In this document: positions 1 to 13,805 of the stretch, piece by piece | Position numbering within the stretch: position 1 is the stretch's first letter | Layout of the letters: every line of letters begins with the position of its first letter | NCBI GenBank assembly: GCA_030295235.1 | Contig: AP026130.1 | Coordinates: forward strand, 372,001-436,000 | From: Fistulifera solaris | Taxonomy: Eukaryota | Direction of reading: 5' to 3' | DNA length: 64,000 bases | Program-made: the position numbers and the translations under genes | The notes under the pieces: model-generated | Databases searched by the model: none | Told to the model about the DNA's origin: nothing | Seen by the model: only the letters and a program-made list of their open reading frames with translations

Positions 1-361
1 TTATTTGCGCTGAACTTCGAAGTCTCTCGATCTCCTTTCTTTCGATGTAAAAAAGGCACTACTGTACCTGGTATGCGCACGGCGCACGGCGGCGGCCGGC
101 GGCCCAACGAGTTACCGGTACCGGTAGGACATCGTAACTGACTAAAATACTCCGTATGTTTAACCTTATTGAAGTTGATGGGAGCAATTTTGTTTACTGC
201 GACGATGTTTCGTTTATTGCTCGAGATTCCAACAGGTAGAGAATAGATCATTACTCTATTTATAAACTTATCCATCTTTCCTCCTTCATCATAGTCGATT
301 TTGTCTCGCTTCAAGGACTTCAAGGCGAAGTAATTGGTTGTACGCCGCAGCCGCTATAGAA

Positions 362-1000
362 ATGACGTCTACAATACCTTGGTCCTCCGCATGGAAGACC
401 GTGCTAGCAAGCTTGCCCCTGGCGCTGTGGGCACGAGACTCATTCTTTGGCTTATGCCGTGTCAAGGGCGCCTCGATGGAACCCACGCTGAGAGATGGTG
501 ATATCATCTTCGTTCGAAAATGTGACGCGGGGGCACTGGTGGATGCAGTGATGCGCTTTCTTGTATCGTCGGAGGGAGAGACCGAACGCGCCCGCGTACG
601 GCGCTACGAACAATTGCAATCACAATACGTTCCTGCATCCAAAATCTACGAACGCCCTCCGACCGCTCTCGCTGGTCATATCGTTGTTTACAAGGATCCC
701 GAAAAGGCATTTCCGACCGAGTTGGCGGTAAAGCGCGTCGTGGCGTCAGGAGGTCAATGGCTCCGATTGCCTGCTTCAGAGACGAATACGCGAAGATTGC
801 AGAGCTTGCCTGCGTATACGCTCCATGTTGAAGGCGACAACCGTGATAACTCTCGAGACTCTCGGCACGTAGGCCCTATCAGCAAGAATCTTTTGGTTGG
901 CGTTGCTGAATACGTAGTGTGGCCTCCGACTCGGTGGCAGAGAATCCAGAGAAAGGCACTTTTAGATGATAATGACAAACCAAGAGCCTTCTGGCCATGA
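362..1000 (+). CDS. Mitochondrial inner membrane protease IMP1/IMP2-like (peptidase S26)
   Basis: GASMEPTL (catalytic Ser), VKRVVA (catalytic Lys) and EGDNRDNSRDSRHVGPI..LLVG motifs; ATG at 362. Confidence 0.88.
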   Translation: MTSTIPWSSAWKTVLASLPLALWARDSFFGLCRVKGASMEPTLRDGDIIFVRKCDAGALVDAVMRFLVSSEGETERARVRRYEQLQSQYVPASKIYERPPTALAGHIVVYKDPEKAFPTELAVKRVVASGGQWLRLPASETNTRRLQSLPAYTLHVEGDNRDNSRDSRHVGPISKNLLVGVAEYVVWPPTRWQRIQRKALLDDNDKPRAFWP

Positions 1001-1058
1001 AAACGAAAACGTTAAAGCAGCGACTCTGTACAGCCAACGAATATAAACTACTAAATCG

Positions 1059-2140
1059 TTAATAATCATCACTCTGTGACAAAGTCTGGCTTTGCGAGAG
1101 AGACATAATGAGACCCTTGGGATCTTTGATACCTTGGTACCCCTGAAATTGGTGATTGCGTCTGTACTGTTTGTGGAGTTTCAATCGAACACGATCGGAC
1201 TCTTCCGCGATCTTTGACACATTTTCCAAGGCTTGCTGAATTCTAACACATGATAGGGAAATATCTTCGAGCGTTTGGTTCACCTTCTCAATTTCTTCCG
1301 TTACTTCCACTTCCTTCGTCGTATCAGCCGTTTGTTCACTTTGTTTGTCTTGTTCTTCCTTCTGCTTTCGCTCCATGTCCTCGATTTCTCGCTCTTGTTG
1401 ATCCAATTGCTCGGCTGCATCTTTCCACGATTTCTCTTCTTTTTTGTAGCTTGGAGATCTCTGTCATGAGATAGACAATTTCTCTCCACAACTCCTGGTT
1501 CTTGGGCAGCTTCTTGATTAATTCTTGTTTTTGCTTATTGCGCGCTATTTCCAGTTCACGTTCGCGCACTTCTTCCGATCGCGCCTTTTCGACCTCCAGC
1601 CGCTTCGCTTCTTCTTCTTTTTTTCGCTGCAATTGCTCTCGACACTGAGCATCGCGCTTCGCCCGTGACGCGGACACGGCCTGCATGGCAGCCCCGATGC
1701 TGGCCATGACCGTTTTGCGGCAACGTACGACCATATCGGTCTGGTGGGGCAAGTCACGCTGCACTTTCGCTTGCAAGTCTTTCAAAACTTGTAATTCCGA
1801 GGAAGCAATCGCTGGCAAAAGAACTTCTTCGAAAGAAAGCACTCCAACATCTGCCAGGGCGGCCTGATCGCTCTCGTCATTGGTCATAGCGTGATCGACA
1901 AGAGACTTTACCAGCCCTTTGGAGGGGAAAGGAACATTCGTGGGGTATTCGATTGATTCCAGAGGTAAAGCAGCTTCTTTTGAGGAGTCAATTGGCGTCT
2001 GAGTAGGGATTACAGGACTTTTCTACAGGAAAACGCTTGAGGCGTTTTGCGGAGCTTGTCAGGCTTTCGTTACCAGAGACATTTCTCAGCGGAGATCTGC
2101 TGAGGGGCGCCGCTTGAGGTAACACGTTAGCAGCTTCCAT
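1059..2140 (-). CDS. Hypothetical coiled-coil protein, interrupted by apparent frameshifts
   Basis: Overlapping E/K/Q-rich ORFs 1336-1887 and 1059-1406 in different frames; plausible ATG at 2140 (MEAANVLPQ...). Confidence 0.55.
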
Positions 2141-2921
2141 ATTTTATTAAAAGTTGATGCGAAAGGTGGGATTATCTGTGGCTGAAGGTCGACTTTGATA
2201 TAATCTGTTTCAAACAGCACGTTGTTGCTTCATTGTCATTTTTGTCAACGATTGCGTTTCGGGTCTGCTATTCTAGATAACGGCTATTATTATAAATAAG
2301 TAGTAAATTAACCGTAAAACTGGTGAAGACTGCTAAGAACAGAACGTAATAGCAAGAGGTATACCTGGTACAGTATGGGCAATACCTCTTGGCAATTGCG
2401 CGTGCAATTCAATAACCCGAGTCCTATTACAATTTACAAATAACGTACTTTAGGCTCAAGGCTCACTAAAGAGCTAGAGGAGCTAGGTATGCTCTCCCTT
2501 CGGCTTTCAGCTATGCAATGCACGATCATGATACGGAGTAAAAATATCTAGTCTAAAAGTACCAAGGTATCAAAGTTTATCTAGTAAGCGTCCTAAATTG
2601 GACGCTGATCGTATCCTTGTCAAAGGAGACGTTACGGAAGCAATTTACTAATAATATCTTCTGCGAGTTGAGAAGTCGATTGTCAAGACGGGCTAAGACT
2701 TTTTTAATTGAGCGTACTTTCCTATTGTAAGTGCAGCCGATAGATGATAGATGAAACTCCTTAATGTCCTAATTCCTAAGTTTGATTTTTATGGTGTGGT
2801 ATATTCTGAGTGCTGTGATGATTCAATGGGTGTTGAGGTGAAAAGAAACAATGACTGTGGTGAAATGGAAATGGAGCAGCGAAAAGTTCGTCGGCGCCAT
2901 CAATGAGTGGATGACGACTCC

Positions 2922-4126
2922 TCACGGCATACGTTTGTCACCACGTCCAGCATAGGCTCTAGAAATTTCAGCATACTTTCCACCCAAGCACATCAAGATG
3001 TCAGACCAGAGATCAGCTGCATTGTCTTCTTCTGTAACCACCGCGCCGGCGTATCGAAGGATCAAATCCGACGATACCGCCGCCGTGTACCACACACCTT
3101 TCTTGATTTCCCGAGAGAGCTGACCAGGTACCCACGCAGCATGACCCTTCACAAATAGAGCATGATGAGGGTCGAACCGATTGATACGGACTTCGTTCAT
3201 GAGCTCTTCTGATCCGCCGACATAAACGCCTGGACAAAGTTTCGTAGAACCTTCCACTTCACCAAATCCATGAATGACGGAAAGCTCCTCTTGCAACACC
3301 GGTCCACCGTAGGACACGGGTGATTTAGAAAATGCCATCTTTAGTGACAAATCTAGGTTGCAATTAGCCTGCGACGCAACTTTTTGCAAATCACCTTCCA
3401 AGGGCCTTTAAAATTGACAGAAACTCACACAAATGAGTATCTCTCTCGACTATTTGTTCTCGACAATTCTACAGAACGGTGTGGAACTTACCTGTTTATC
3501 ACAATACCAATCGAGCCAGTCTTTTCGTCATGTTGCACAATCAGTACAACGGTCTGATGGAAGACGCCGCCGAGTTTTTCGTTGGCCAGCAACACGCAAC
3601 CCGGTTCGACGTGAGGAATTTCGTGCGCCCAGCGGTGCTTATTAATCTTGACCTTGGATTTCATGAGCAAAGGAAGTTCAGCCTCAGACACAAAGGGATC
3701 ATCCGTAACGATTTTATCATCATCGGACAGTCCACCGATGGCGTCGCCATCGAAGATATCCGACGAATGTCGGCGTCCGCTGGCGACACGGCTGGAGTTC
3801 TTTTTCTGGAAAATAGAACTAATCGCACCCGCAAACAATTCACCCAGTTGCCCTTGGTGCGCCAGCTTCTCATCGCCGTAATCCTTTGGTTCGGATGACG
3901 GTGTGTCGTTCTTGCGTTGATGGGACGCTTCGGCTTGCTCCTTGGCGACTAAATTGGCTCGAAACAAACGCCAATCATTGCCCATCATTTCTTCCAGATT
4001 TCTCTCAATGTGTGCACGCTCCGAGTTCTTGCTATTCATAGCAGTATCGATATGGTGCCATTGACGACAGGGAGCGAAGGCAGACGTCGCCATGAGGGGG
4101 AAAAGAAGCAGAGTTCGGACTGTCAT
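2922..4126 (-). CDS. YqgE/AlgH (DUF179) family protein, predicted plastid-targeted; intron 3406-3491
   Basis: [30 protein letters not shown] and [19 protein letters not shown] motifs; signal peptide plus ATSAFAP; GT..AG intron joins the two ORFs in frame. Confidence 0.88.
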
Positions 4127-5081
4127 TGTGTATCTTTCGGAAAATGATGGTGTCAATTCCAAACTCAATTACTGCAGTCGTTCTTGGAAGAAAACGGATC
4201 GCTGTTACTGAAACGAAGGTGTTGTAACTCAAGAGAGGGAATGAGGTTGTTTGAATCACCAAAAGAGGGAGATGGTATCCTTCAGGGGGAGAATGGGATT
4301 GTAAACTTGATGGCAGAAATCACTGAAGAAAAACCACAATCTTCTTGACACTGCCTTGTGCGAAGGATTTGATGTTGCTTCGGTTGCTTCCAACTTTTTC
4401 TTCCTTTGCGGTTCCGATTCTGGCACGCCGGCCTGTTCTCAGTCATTGTACACTATTCCGCACAGTCCGACAGTCACTATCCGTGAGTGAACTTGTCAAC
4501 AGCTGATACTGTTCTTCGTTTCACAACGATGCGACAAGTGCTGTTCGCAAATCGTATAGTGTCCAGTACCGGATCGTAGCATCCGCGATTGAACTTCAGC
4601 TGTTGATAAGTGAGAAAACCGAGGAAGTGCGTAGATTCTACAAGGTTTCTGTTCCTTGGAGCTTCTCTCACCGAAAGACCAAAACCTGACCAAAACGACA
4701 TGCAGAAAAAATAATGAGCTGTTGCTAAGGATAGACGGAACGACCACCCTCTGCACAGAAGCTAACTACCTTGGCTATTGCGATATAGATAAGACAAGAA
4801 AAGCGAAGTGTGACGTGTTCTGGATCCCTTGACTCATTCGTAATTCGTAATAAATGAGAATGCGAGGTAGACTACATGCTGATCGATGCGGTATAGAAAG
4901 ATCATAATTAAGAGCAGGAGAGTATTATAAACTGGAATAGAAATGGTATTTGATGAACTGATATCAGGTCTAACCCCACATTGTTAACTCAATGTATGTT
5001 CCAGATCGCCCCAATAATTGTCGCCTAGTAAGTACTTGTAGTGCTTTCACATATCCACGCCGGAAACTAGGAATCGACTTT

Positions 5082-7528
5082 TTAAAGTCTCGGAATGGAT
5101 AGCTCATCATCGTTCACATTGTCATCGTTTACATACATGTCAACATCGTCCTCCATATCGAATAAGCTATCTTTTTCGTCGTCGACGCTCTCCTCGTCAT
5201 CAAACCAACCCCTACCACAGCAGCTTAGAATGAGGGGCCATAGATCCAGAAAAATTCCTGTTCCCTTGAGCTCCAGATGCTTTCCAACAAGCAGTACTGT
5301 TAGTACAGCTTTTCGATCCGCTGGTGTAAACAACATGTGTCTCTCAGCGCTCCAATGCGATTCAGCTTGAGCAATGAGCTCTTTACATTCATCGATAGAA
5401 CGCTGGGTTAAACAGTTCCAAGGTTTCGATGATGTGATCGGCTGCTGTGGTATCATCGAAAGGAGCAAAGGGGACGATACGGGTGTATTCGTTCGGGGCA
5501 CTAACGATTCTCTTCGTACGGGCGTTTCAGGACGTGGCGGGCTTCGCGGTTGTGAAGGCGATCGGGATCGTGCGTCTCGGTCTCCGCCATTGCTGCTGGA
5601 AGATGGGAACCTTCTTGTTTCCACTTTCACTCCTGCGTGAAGTAGCTCACGTAGCACATTGCTACTTCCCCGCGCCACAGCAACATGAATTGGCAGCCGA
5701 TCACTCAAGTCAGGAATTTCCATGGCTTTTCTTGCTGTATGATGCCGGAGAAGGACTCGAGCGGCTCGATGAGCATTATAATGAGCGCAATAATGAAGAG
5801 GCGTGTACCCACTGAAGCGATTGTGTGGACCGCCTAACTGAGCATCATCACTTCCAGGGCCTGCAGAACAGCGAGCGCCAAGATCTGCTCCCCTGCTAAG
5901 TAGTAGCGCGGTAGCGTCGGATGCGTTTTCTTGCGACGCAAAACAAAGGGGTGTAGCGCCACTATTGGCGCGAGCATCCACGTCGGCACCGGCATCAAGC
6001 AATAATTCAATTGTTTCCTTTGAGTTACTATACGCAGCATCGTGTAGTGGCGTCCACCCAGACGGATGAGCTCTAGCATTAGGATCAGCATTGAACTTCA
6101 ATAGCAAAGATACACATTGTGTTTCGTTTTTGAAAGCAGCCCAATGGAGCGGAGTGTTACCATGTCCATCAGATGTACCAGCAGAGTCGCCGCGGCGTGG
6201 AAAAGGCCGCCGGGAAAAGCAGTCACTATTCGTTCGGAACCCGCACGATCTCGCCAGCGAAAGCTCCGACTGCTTCGACAACGTCGCATTTTCCATTATA
6301 AGCCGGGCCGCAGCTAGCTCGTCTATTGTCCCCGCTTGAACCTGTCTCGACAAATCTCGAAACAGACGGAGTAAAGTCATAAAATCACATTTCGGTTTCG
6401 ATGCAACCTTATCAAAGTAAATTGAATTCTCGAAATCACTCATGAAAAGCTCCGGGTGAGCTGCATATGTGTATATTGGCGCCAGCGCCTGCGAGCTATC
6501 GAGACGACGAGGAATGAATGGAAATCTTGTGTTTCGAATTCGTGACGAAACATCATTTCCTTCATTTTCTGCGTATTGTTGTCCCAGTTCAAGTAGAAGA
6601 GTTAGGCACTGGACCGAGCCATTGCATGCTGCCTCATGTATCATTAACCTTCGGAAAGCCGTGTGAGAAGCCCTGGCATCACCACCCATGGCCAAAAGGA
6701 AAGCCAACACAAGAGGAATATCCAAGGCGCATGCTAAATGTAAAATACTTCCAGCGCCCCCAGAAGAGCCCCCCGAAGCATCTACCAATGGATGCGGAGG
6801 AGTCGCGTTTGCTACACCTCCATCGAAAACAGGTGCAGTCTCATCCTGGGCACCGTCTTCTCGCGACACAGTACGTCCGTCTTCGTATACAACAAAATTG
6901 TTTGGGGGTCTCGTCGAAGTAAGAACCGTTGAAGCGTCACGAAATAGACGTTCAGCTTCCGCGCAAACTTCAATGCATGAGTCTGTATGCTGCAATGACT
7001 CTCTCGAATCCACCCGATCGGTCAAGAAATACGAGAGTTCGCTCAATAGAAAACAAAAGGATCGCTGCTGCTTCTCGAGAACGGGTTGGGACTCATCTGT
7101 TGCCGTATATGTGCCGGGAGACCAGTCCGTATTCATCGTTTCGTCTCTTTTTTCCTCTGAATAAAATCAAAAAACAGTCGTCAGTAATTGCAATAAGAAA
7201 ACATAGGTGCTCGCAGAAACGGCGTCGTAACGAGAGAACTTTTCTGCATAAGAAGCAAAAGAGAATTGTTGCTGCTCATGAACTGATGTTGTGGCTCAAC
7301 GCATTTGCTATACAAATACATTCAACGGATTTTCACGCCCGTCGTCATAATAGAATGGGAAATTAGTGCATACTACTTACCATCAGCTGCACTTCGCGCA
7401 CCCCAACGCCGCCGCATCGTTGAGTACGCGGAAAGAGCATCCAGAGCATTTTGTCCATAGATGCGCAGAAGCGCGTCATGATCACGTTGTGCGACCGCTT
7501 CAAACAAAGACTGGGAGAGATTATCCAT
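5082..7528 (-). CDS. Ankyrin-repeat protein; exon 1 7381-7528, intron 7157-7380
   Basis: Multiple ANK repeats (GNTPLHWAA, GWTPLHDAA, GATPLCFAS, GYTPLHYCA); upstream exon MDNLSQSLFEAV.. splices in frame through a GTAAGT donor and TTCAG acceptor. Confidence 0.85.
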
Positions 7529-8330
7529 GGTACAGGCTCTTGTTCTAAAGAAGAGACTCAGAAGAATGAATCCATCGCACGTTTTCGATGAAAACAGGGG
7601 CAAAAATTTGGAGAGACTTCCGCCATGCCGCGAAGGGGGCCGGCTTTTAGTATCGCTTACGAAGTACGTGACATGACTTTCTTTTCCAGTCCAACCTACA
7701 ACAGACAAGAAAGCAGCATCCTGTAGTGTGGAGTGAAGAGTGGCAAGAATTCTCATGACGTCTGAAAGGTCATTTTCGTCAAGAGTCAAGAAGTCTAAGT
7801 CCCCTTTTAGAAACGATTACAATACAGTAAGCCAGAGAGTGCAAGCAAGTCCCGGATCCATGCCGATTACCGCTACGATTTTCTAACATTTCGAGGGAGC
7901 TATGTGCCACAGCAACCGCTTTAGGTTCCGTGATTTTTTTTATGTTGATGGCGACCATCGTCTCTTTGAAAGCTGCAAAAGGACTGTTAATTGATTTTAA
8001 GGTGAAGCTGTAGTAGCTACAAAGTAAAACGGGCTTATCCTTGGACTCTCTAGGTAACTTCTATACTATTGAAAGCCTTCATTGCATTAGCATATTGAAT
8101 TGTGGCAGCTGCTCAATACATTTCAAACGACTTCAACGAGTTCGAGACTATTAGCGTTTCAAGGAAGGCATTGTAATTGTACTGATACATAAAAGAATTA
8201 CTCGAGTGAGTCTCATCGTTGTCGTAACCTCATAGGGTAAGTATATCGGCTATCCCAAATAGCGGGAGGCTAACTACATACATAAAAGTACGGCTAAACC
8301 ACCGTTAATTTCAACTTTTTAATTTTACAA

Positions 8331-8981
8331 TTAAGGAGACTTTTCATCTGCGGCCAACTTAATTGCCCGAGCAAGCTTGTTGCCAGGAGCCTTGATAACG
8401 CGAGCCACTTTGGTGGGCACAGCCTTAATGGATCCAGCAATTTTGGCATAAAGTTCTTGTTTGCTCGGAAGTTTTCCAATGGCTTCAACTCCCTTAGTAT
8501 CATATGAGATACCTTCGGTGACTCCGCCAAGAATAGGGTGAGTGTCTTTTTTACCGCAGTCTTTCAAGAAGCCGTTGTAAGCTTTGATTGTAGCACTGAT
8601 GTCATCCTCAATAAAGAACCACAGATTGGCGCCAGTCAAAAGACTGGTGGCTACTTCGTAATCAGTTCCTTCTACAGCGCGTTCCATGAGGGTGTTCTTG
8701 ACAACCTTTACAGTCGTTCCTTCAGGCATAGATCGTCGAAGCTTTTGCATCTCGGCAACGGTAATAGAGCTTGCAGGGATAGTAAAGACCATCTCCGAAT
8801 CTTGGAGGAGACCTTTTACAGTTTGCACGGTTGATTTCTTTCCCTCTAGAGATGTGGCAACACCACTACCGCCCCCAAACAAGGGTTGCAGTGTACTCGA
8901 CCGAGTGCTGGAGCCCCATGGTTGGTTGCTGAAAGCAGCGGCAGAGCCAATGAATAGGATGAAGAGAGTTCTATTGATCAT
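8331..8981 (-). CDS. rplJ: Nucleus-encoded plastid 50S ribosomal protein L10
   Basis: LRRSMPEGTTVKVVKNTLMERA and KLPSKQELYAKIAGSIKAVP are typical of uL10; signal peptide plus AAAF motif. Confidence 0.92.
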   Translation of the reverse strand: MINRTLFILFIGSAAAFSNQPWGSSTRSSTLQPLFGGGSGVATSLEGKKSTVQTVKGLLQDSEMVFTIPASSITVAEMQKLRRSMPEGTTVKVVKNTLMERAVEGTDYEVATSLLTGANLWFFIEDDISATIKAYNGFLKDCGKKDTHPILGGVTEGISYDTKGVEAIGKLPSKQELYAKIAGSIKAVPTKVARVIKAPGNKLARAIKLAADEKSP

Positions 8982-9489
8982 GGTGCGTTTTCACGAAGCG
9001 CAATGAATATCAATAGTTTGAACGATGAATTCACGCAGCTCCTTTGCTGTCTTCTTGCTTCTTGGCGTTTGCTGATGTGTTGAAGAATTATTTGATGGGC
9101 ACTTCACAGCCACTCCTCCTTGTCGCTGCTGTTTTGAGGCTGTGGATGCCTGACGTACGCTGGATTACCGTTGACATTTGAGTAGAAGGGCGCCGTATGG
9201 CGTAAAGAGTACGAATTAAACCGCGACCGAATACCCGGTTCATTCACTAGTCGCTACGACACTGCGTCGTTATGTACAAAACTTAAAACTTCCGTACTAT
9301 GGCTTTGTTTGTACGCGACTGTACCAGTACAAAGATACGCGACGAACCGCTCCATAAACATTTCGCGGCAACAAAACCGAGGACAATAACAATAAGCAAC
9401 AGTCTCGCAACTACTATACTTTATATCCATTTACACCTACGAAATTTAAACAAAACACTGTACCTTATCTCCAGACTTGAACATTCGAA

Positions 9490-11295
9490 ATGAATTTGGA
9501 GCTGCTTGACCCGTTCGCTCGTCAAGTGCCGGATCGCGTACATGCCACTTTGGATCTTCCCGGAGCGATGCATTTCCGAAATCATCACGAGGTTAAAGAG
9601 GAAAAAAACGCAAAAGTCTCTGTAGAGAATACAGAGTGGAAGTCCGTGTATCATCTGGCTTTCAATCGTAGAGGCACCTATATAGCAGCTGGTTACGGCA
9701 GTGGAGCTGTTGCCGTATTCAATGTTTTGAATAGGACGATAAGCGCATTGTATCCGAATCAAAATTCCGACGCCTCTCCTGAAAACCACGGTTTGGGCAT
9801 ATCTAGCGTCTCGTGGAGTAAACGATCCAGGACACTGTTGACAGGCTCGCTGGGAGATTTTGTTATTCGAATGTTCGACACAACACACCCGCTTGGACCA
9901 GAGGAAGGCTGCACCGTCCTTCAATCCGATGAGCCGAAGGATGCTGACGAAGAAGCTCACCAGCACCTATCAAAAGAGGGAAATACGAAAGAGGAACGCG
10001 TATGTACGCACTCCTTTGACCAAACAAAGAATACGGGTTTCAAAGACATCGATCGTCGGTTTGATTTCGTCAAAGACGACCGACAAATGACAGTACGAGT
10101 GTTTAATCCAGGAGACGAAACACAGGCGAAGTGTTTACCCCCAGAAACTGTCCCTTCTGATGCAGTAGCGATGAGAAGGTTTCCATCTATTTCTTTTTCT
10201 TTTCCTCACAAAGTGGGAGGGTCGTTACAAGTCCATCCCAGAATAACAACAGCAGGACTCGTCGTGTTAGATAATGGTTCCTTGTGCATCTTCTATATTC
10301 ACCCCTCCACGTGGCTCCAGTGGGGCGATCCTTATGAAGTTCAGGAACCTATTCTAATTCCCATAGCCAATGGCGACACGCATCACATCACCTGTGCTGC
10401 ATTTGGCCCTCACGGGGATCGCATCTACGCCGCGACCAAAAACGGCCGTGCGCTTGGCTTTGACGTGTCCCAGCTTTTTGATCTTTTAACATCAAACAAC
10501 ACCGACACAAAGTTACCCATGATTAGTGTTCATTTCGATATTGCAATTTCTGGCGGACAGACTTCGTGGCATCTAATAGCAAGTCGCAACGGAAAGTTCT
10601 TCGTAACAAATTCAGCTGATGGAGTGCTTCGACTGTTTTCGACTGAGGAATGTTGGGATCGCCCCGAAGCCGTCATAAAGCCGATGCGAACTTTTCAGGA
10701 TGTTGTGTCGAAAGTAAAATTTGCGTCTTTTGATTTGTCAGGAGATGGAGAATTTATCGTTGGTGGTGCTAATGGAGCGGATCATAAGTACCAGGTAAGA
10801 CTGCTTGCTTGATCAATTGCTGCATCAATGGACGTTGACATTTGCCTGTAGCTCTACGTGTGGAACTCTTCCACCGGCGTCCTGATGGACAAACTGATTG
10901 GACCCTCGGTGCAACTTTACAGCGTCGCTTGGCATCCAGCAAGATCTTTCATTGCAGCCGCAACGTCTGATGGTCTCATTGATGTTTGGGGGCAACGGTT
11001 TGACTTTACCAACTTTGCACCGGACTTTCAGTCACTACCACGGAATGTAGAATACATCGAAGAAGAAGGTGAACTAGATAAGGATGAGATGGATAGGTAC
11101 ATCGTGACGCCGGGAGATCAGTCGCACGTATCAGAAAATGGAAAAGACAAATACATCGATGTTATATCTATCGAAGCTGTGCCTGTTTTTGCATCCGATT
11201 CCGAGAATGAGGAGGAAGTCTTTGCTTTTGAAACTAAGATTAAGAACTCAATGGTAGGGAGGAAATCGGTAAAGCCGATACAGCTGGAGGAATGA
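9490..11295 (+). CDS. RBBP5: WD40 protein RBBP5/Swd1 (COMPASS H3K4 methyltransferase subunit); intron 10795-10851
   Basis: N-terminus MNLELLDPF..PD, FNRRGTYIAAG, VSWSKRSRTLLT and FAPDFQSLPRNVEYIEEEGELD; canonical intron. Confidence 0.88.
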
Positions 11296-12001
11296 CTTTT
11301 AAACATTGTTTTTGTTTTTAAGTTTTTAAGCTCTTCATTTAGCGAAAAGATAAGAGTGTATCCATTTAGGTCTAATTCTGCGCTTAAAAGGCCGATGGGC
11401 GCTACCAAGTTTCATGGGCAGTACGTAGTACGTAGTAAAATCATTCGTGAATAAGTTTCACGGGGCCTGAAATGTAGCGCTGTACAAAGTACAAAGTAGC
11501 TTCAAGCGATCTCGCCTTTAGAGTACAAGTACCAGGTACGTGTTGCTATGCCGGCGTCATCTTTTTCGTTAGGTGTAGTTTGTAAAAGTACTGTTCGGGG
11601 TACCGGTAAGAGATAGGTGCATGTTCCATGTTCGGTTCTCCTTTTCGACGGATTGCACTTTGTAGCTCTTATTGCAACACAAAGGCTTTGAACTTTGCAT
11701 CACAACAAACGAAGAAACAGAATGATGTTTCAAAAGAAAATAGTAAAGAACATTCTTCAGGTTCCTAATAAACCTCTCATGCAAATGAAAGCTATTGAAG
11801 AACTGATGAAGAACTACTCCAAGGAGGAAATTGGTCTTCTAGTTCGAGCATTCGTTGAAGACCTGTCGTTCTGGGAAGCGAGCGCTTCCAAGTCGCCGGA
11901 ACAAATAAAACTTATCGATCGACTCGCCAGTGATGATTCCAATTTCAAACCAGACACTCGTCGGGGAAAGAAGAACTCACGAAGAAGAAAAAAAGAACGA
12001 G

Positions 12002-13805
12002 ATGGATGCTCCTGAATCACCCCTCTCCGAGAATAATATTGAGGAGTGCATCTGGAAAAGTGCTGTTGACCCCGTGACTAAAAAAGTTTATTACTACGAC
12101 ACAATACACAGAAAACCACAATGGGATAAGGTAGGTACCTTTCGAAAATTTTTTGCTGAATTTCATCGGTCGGGTCCTCATCCGTATCTTATGTGCTTAG
12201 CCGGAAGAATTGACAATATTTGAAAAGAAGAAAAAACGTGAATTTCGACGAAAGCAAAGGGCATTTTTCAAGCAAATGGAAGCTATACTTTTAGAGAGTC
12301 TGGCTCGAGGTGAGGTAATGCCGGGTATTGCTCGAGAAAATGTTGCGAAGGCGGGCCCTCCTAAAGAACCAATCGTTATCACAGCTCGTAACTCCAAAGT
12401 GCGTACGATTTCATGCATGAACGAAGAGTTACTGGCGGAGCTTCAAAGAAGAGACGGCGATGATAGTGATATACCCTTTCCAGCTGCGAATATAAGTAGC
12501 GGCAACTTGGTAAAAGGAGATGGAAGGAGCCACGGGCGTCCGGCTGCATCTGGTCCGCCACCTTCTTCGCTGGAGGGCCGACCGCCGCTGCCGCATCGTC
12601 GACTCGCTTTAGCAGCGTCGCCACCACGCGAGCCGAAATGTTTGTCCTCTGTCAGTACGGAACTGGATTGTATCAAACATGATTCGATGGATCTTTCACC
12701 GGAGCAAATTGATTTTAAAACGGATATCAATGCCGTATCTCATTCAATTGACAACGATCTCCTTGAAGGCGAACATCTGCTTGACGAACCACCCCTCGCT
12801 GAAACCGACAATAAAATTATCGATACTGATACGGGGACTGCAAAGCAAATAGATTTAAAGAGCAGCACCGAAATTGCGCGGCCCAGCGCAGTCAAGGCTC
12901 ACAATCGACGCAATACTGGAGGAACCATTTTTGTCAAATCGACCATGGAAAATCCAGATATTGATGCGACGATCAGGTGCATTTGTGGCATTTATAGAGT
13001 CCACATCGTAGAATCAACATCGCGACAAAGAGAGACCGAACCTCAAGACGTTCCTCCGTACCAACAACGTGTTGACGTGGATATTTTTCGGCACTACGGC
13101 GACCGTTCAAAAGCACATGTTTCAAATCGCCACTTACCATCTTTGGCAGATATTGAGTCTTTCTTCAAACGGTTTTACGAAAAGAGCATGGTAAGCAAAA
13201 CCAGGTGCAAGTGAGTTGTGATGTTTACGATGTCGCCTTACCAAGTTACCTATTCTTTCTCGATATTATAGATGGAGCACGATACGTTAATTATGAGCTT
13301 GATATACGTCGAGCGGCTCATCAAAGAGACGAATGGACGAGTTTCGCCAACGCCAGAGACGTGGGAGTCTATTCTATTTTCTTGCATGGTTCTCGCTTCC
13401 AAGGTGTGGGACGATTATTCCATGTGGAACGTTGATTTTTCTACTGTATCAATGACCAACCACAACAGATCACAATTCAACTTGAAAAGGATCAATGAGC
13501 TCGAGTTTTCTGTTCTTTCTTGCTTGAATTTCAATGTCAAAGTAACTGCGTCAGAGTACGCAAAGTACTATTATTATATACGGGATATGCTGACAAAGAG
13601 CGGACTGACGGAACATGCTGACTCTTTATTGAAGAAACAGCAATCGAAGCTCAAAAACAATCCCAGTGACCGATCCTCTCAGATAGCGCAACCTGACCGA
13701 AATCGCGCTCAGAGTTTTGATTTGCATTCCTTACGACCGCAAAAAGAACATATTGGACCGGATTCGGTCTGCTTGGAGCAGCTACTGATATCGATGAAGC
13801 GATAA
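12002..13805 (+). CDS. Cyclin Y-like cyclin with an N-terminal WW domain; introns 12131-12200 and 13191-13271; start may lie upstream (~11722)
   Basis: WW domain WKSAVDPVTKKVYYYDTIHRKPQWDK|P; cyclin box IMSLIYVERL..W..ILFSCMVLASKVWDDYSMWNVDF..INELE..L.FNVKV.ASEYAKYYY. Confidence 0.85.

Noticed and set aside
4200..5080. Short ORFs between the YqgE-like and ankyrin genes, and the many antisense ORFs across the window
   Set aside because: They lack motifs and are mostly shadows of real genes on the opposite strand or in other frames.
7373..7789. Stand-alone 138-aa ORF
   Set aside because: Its 3' part is better explained as exon 1 of the ankyrin gene, which splices in frame.
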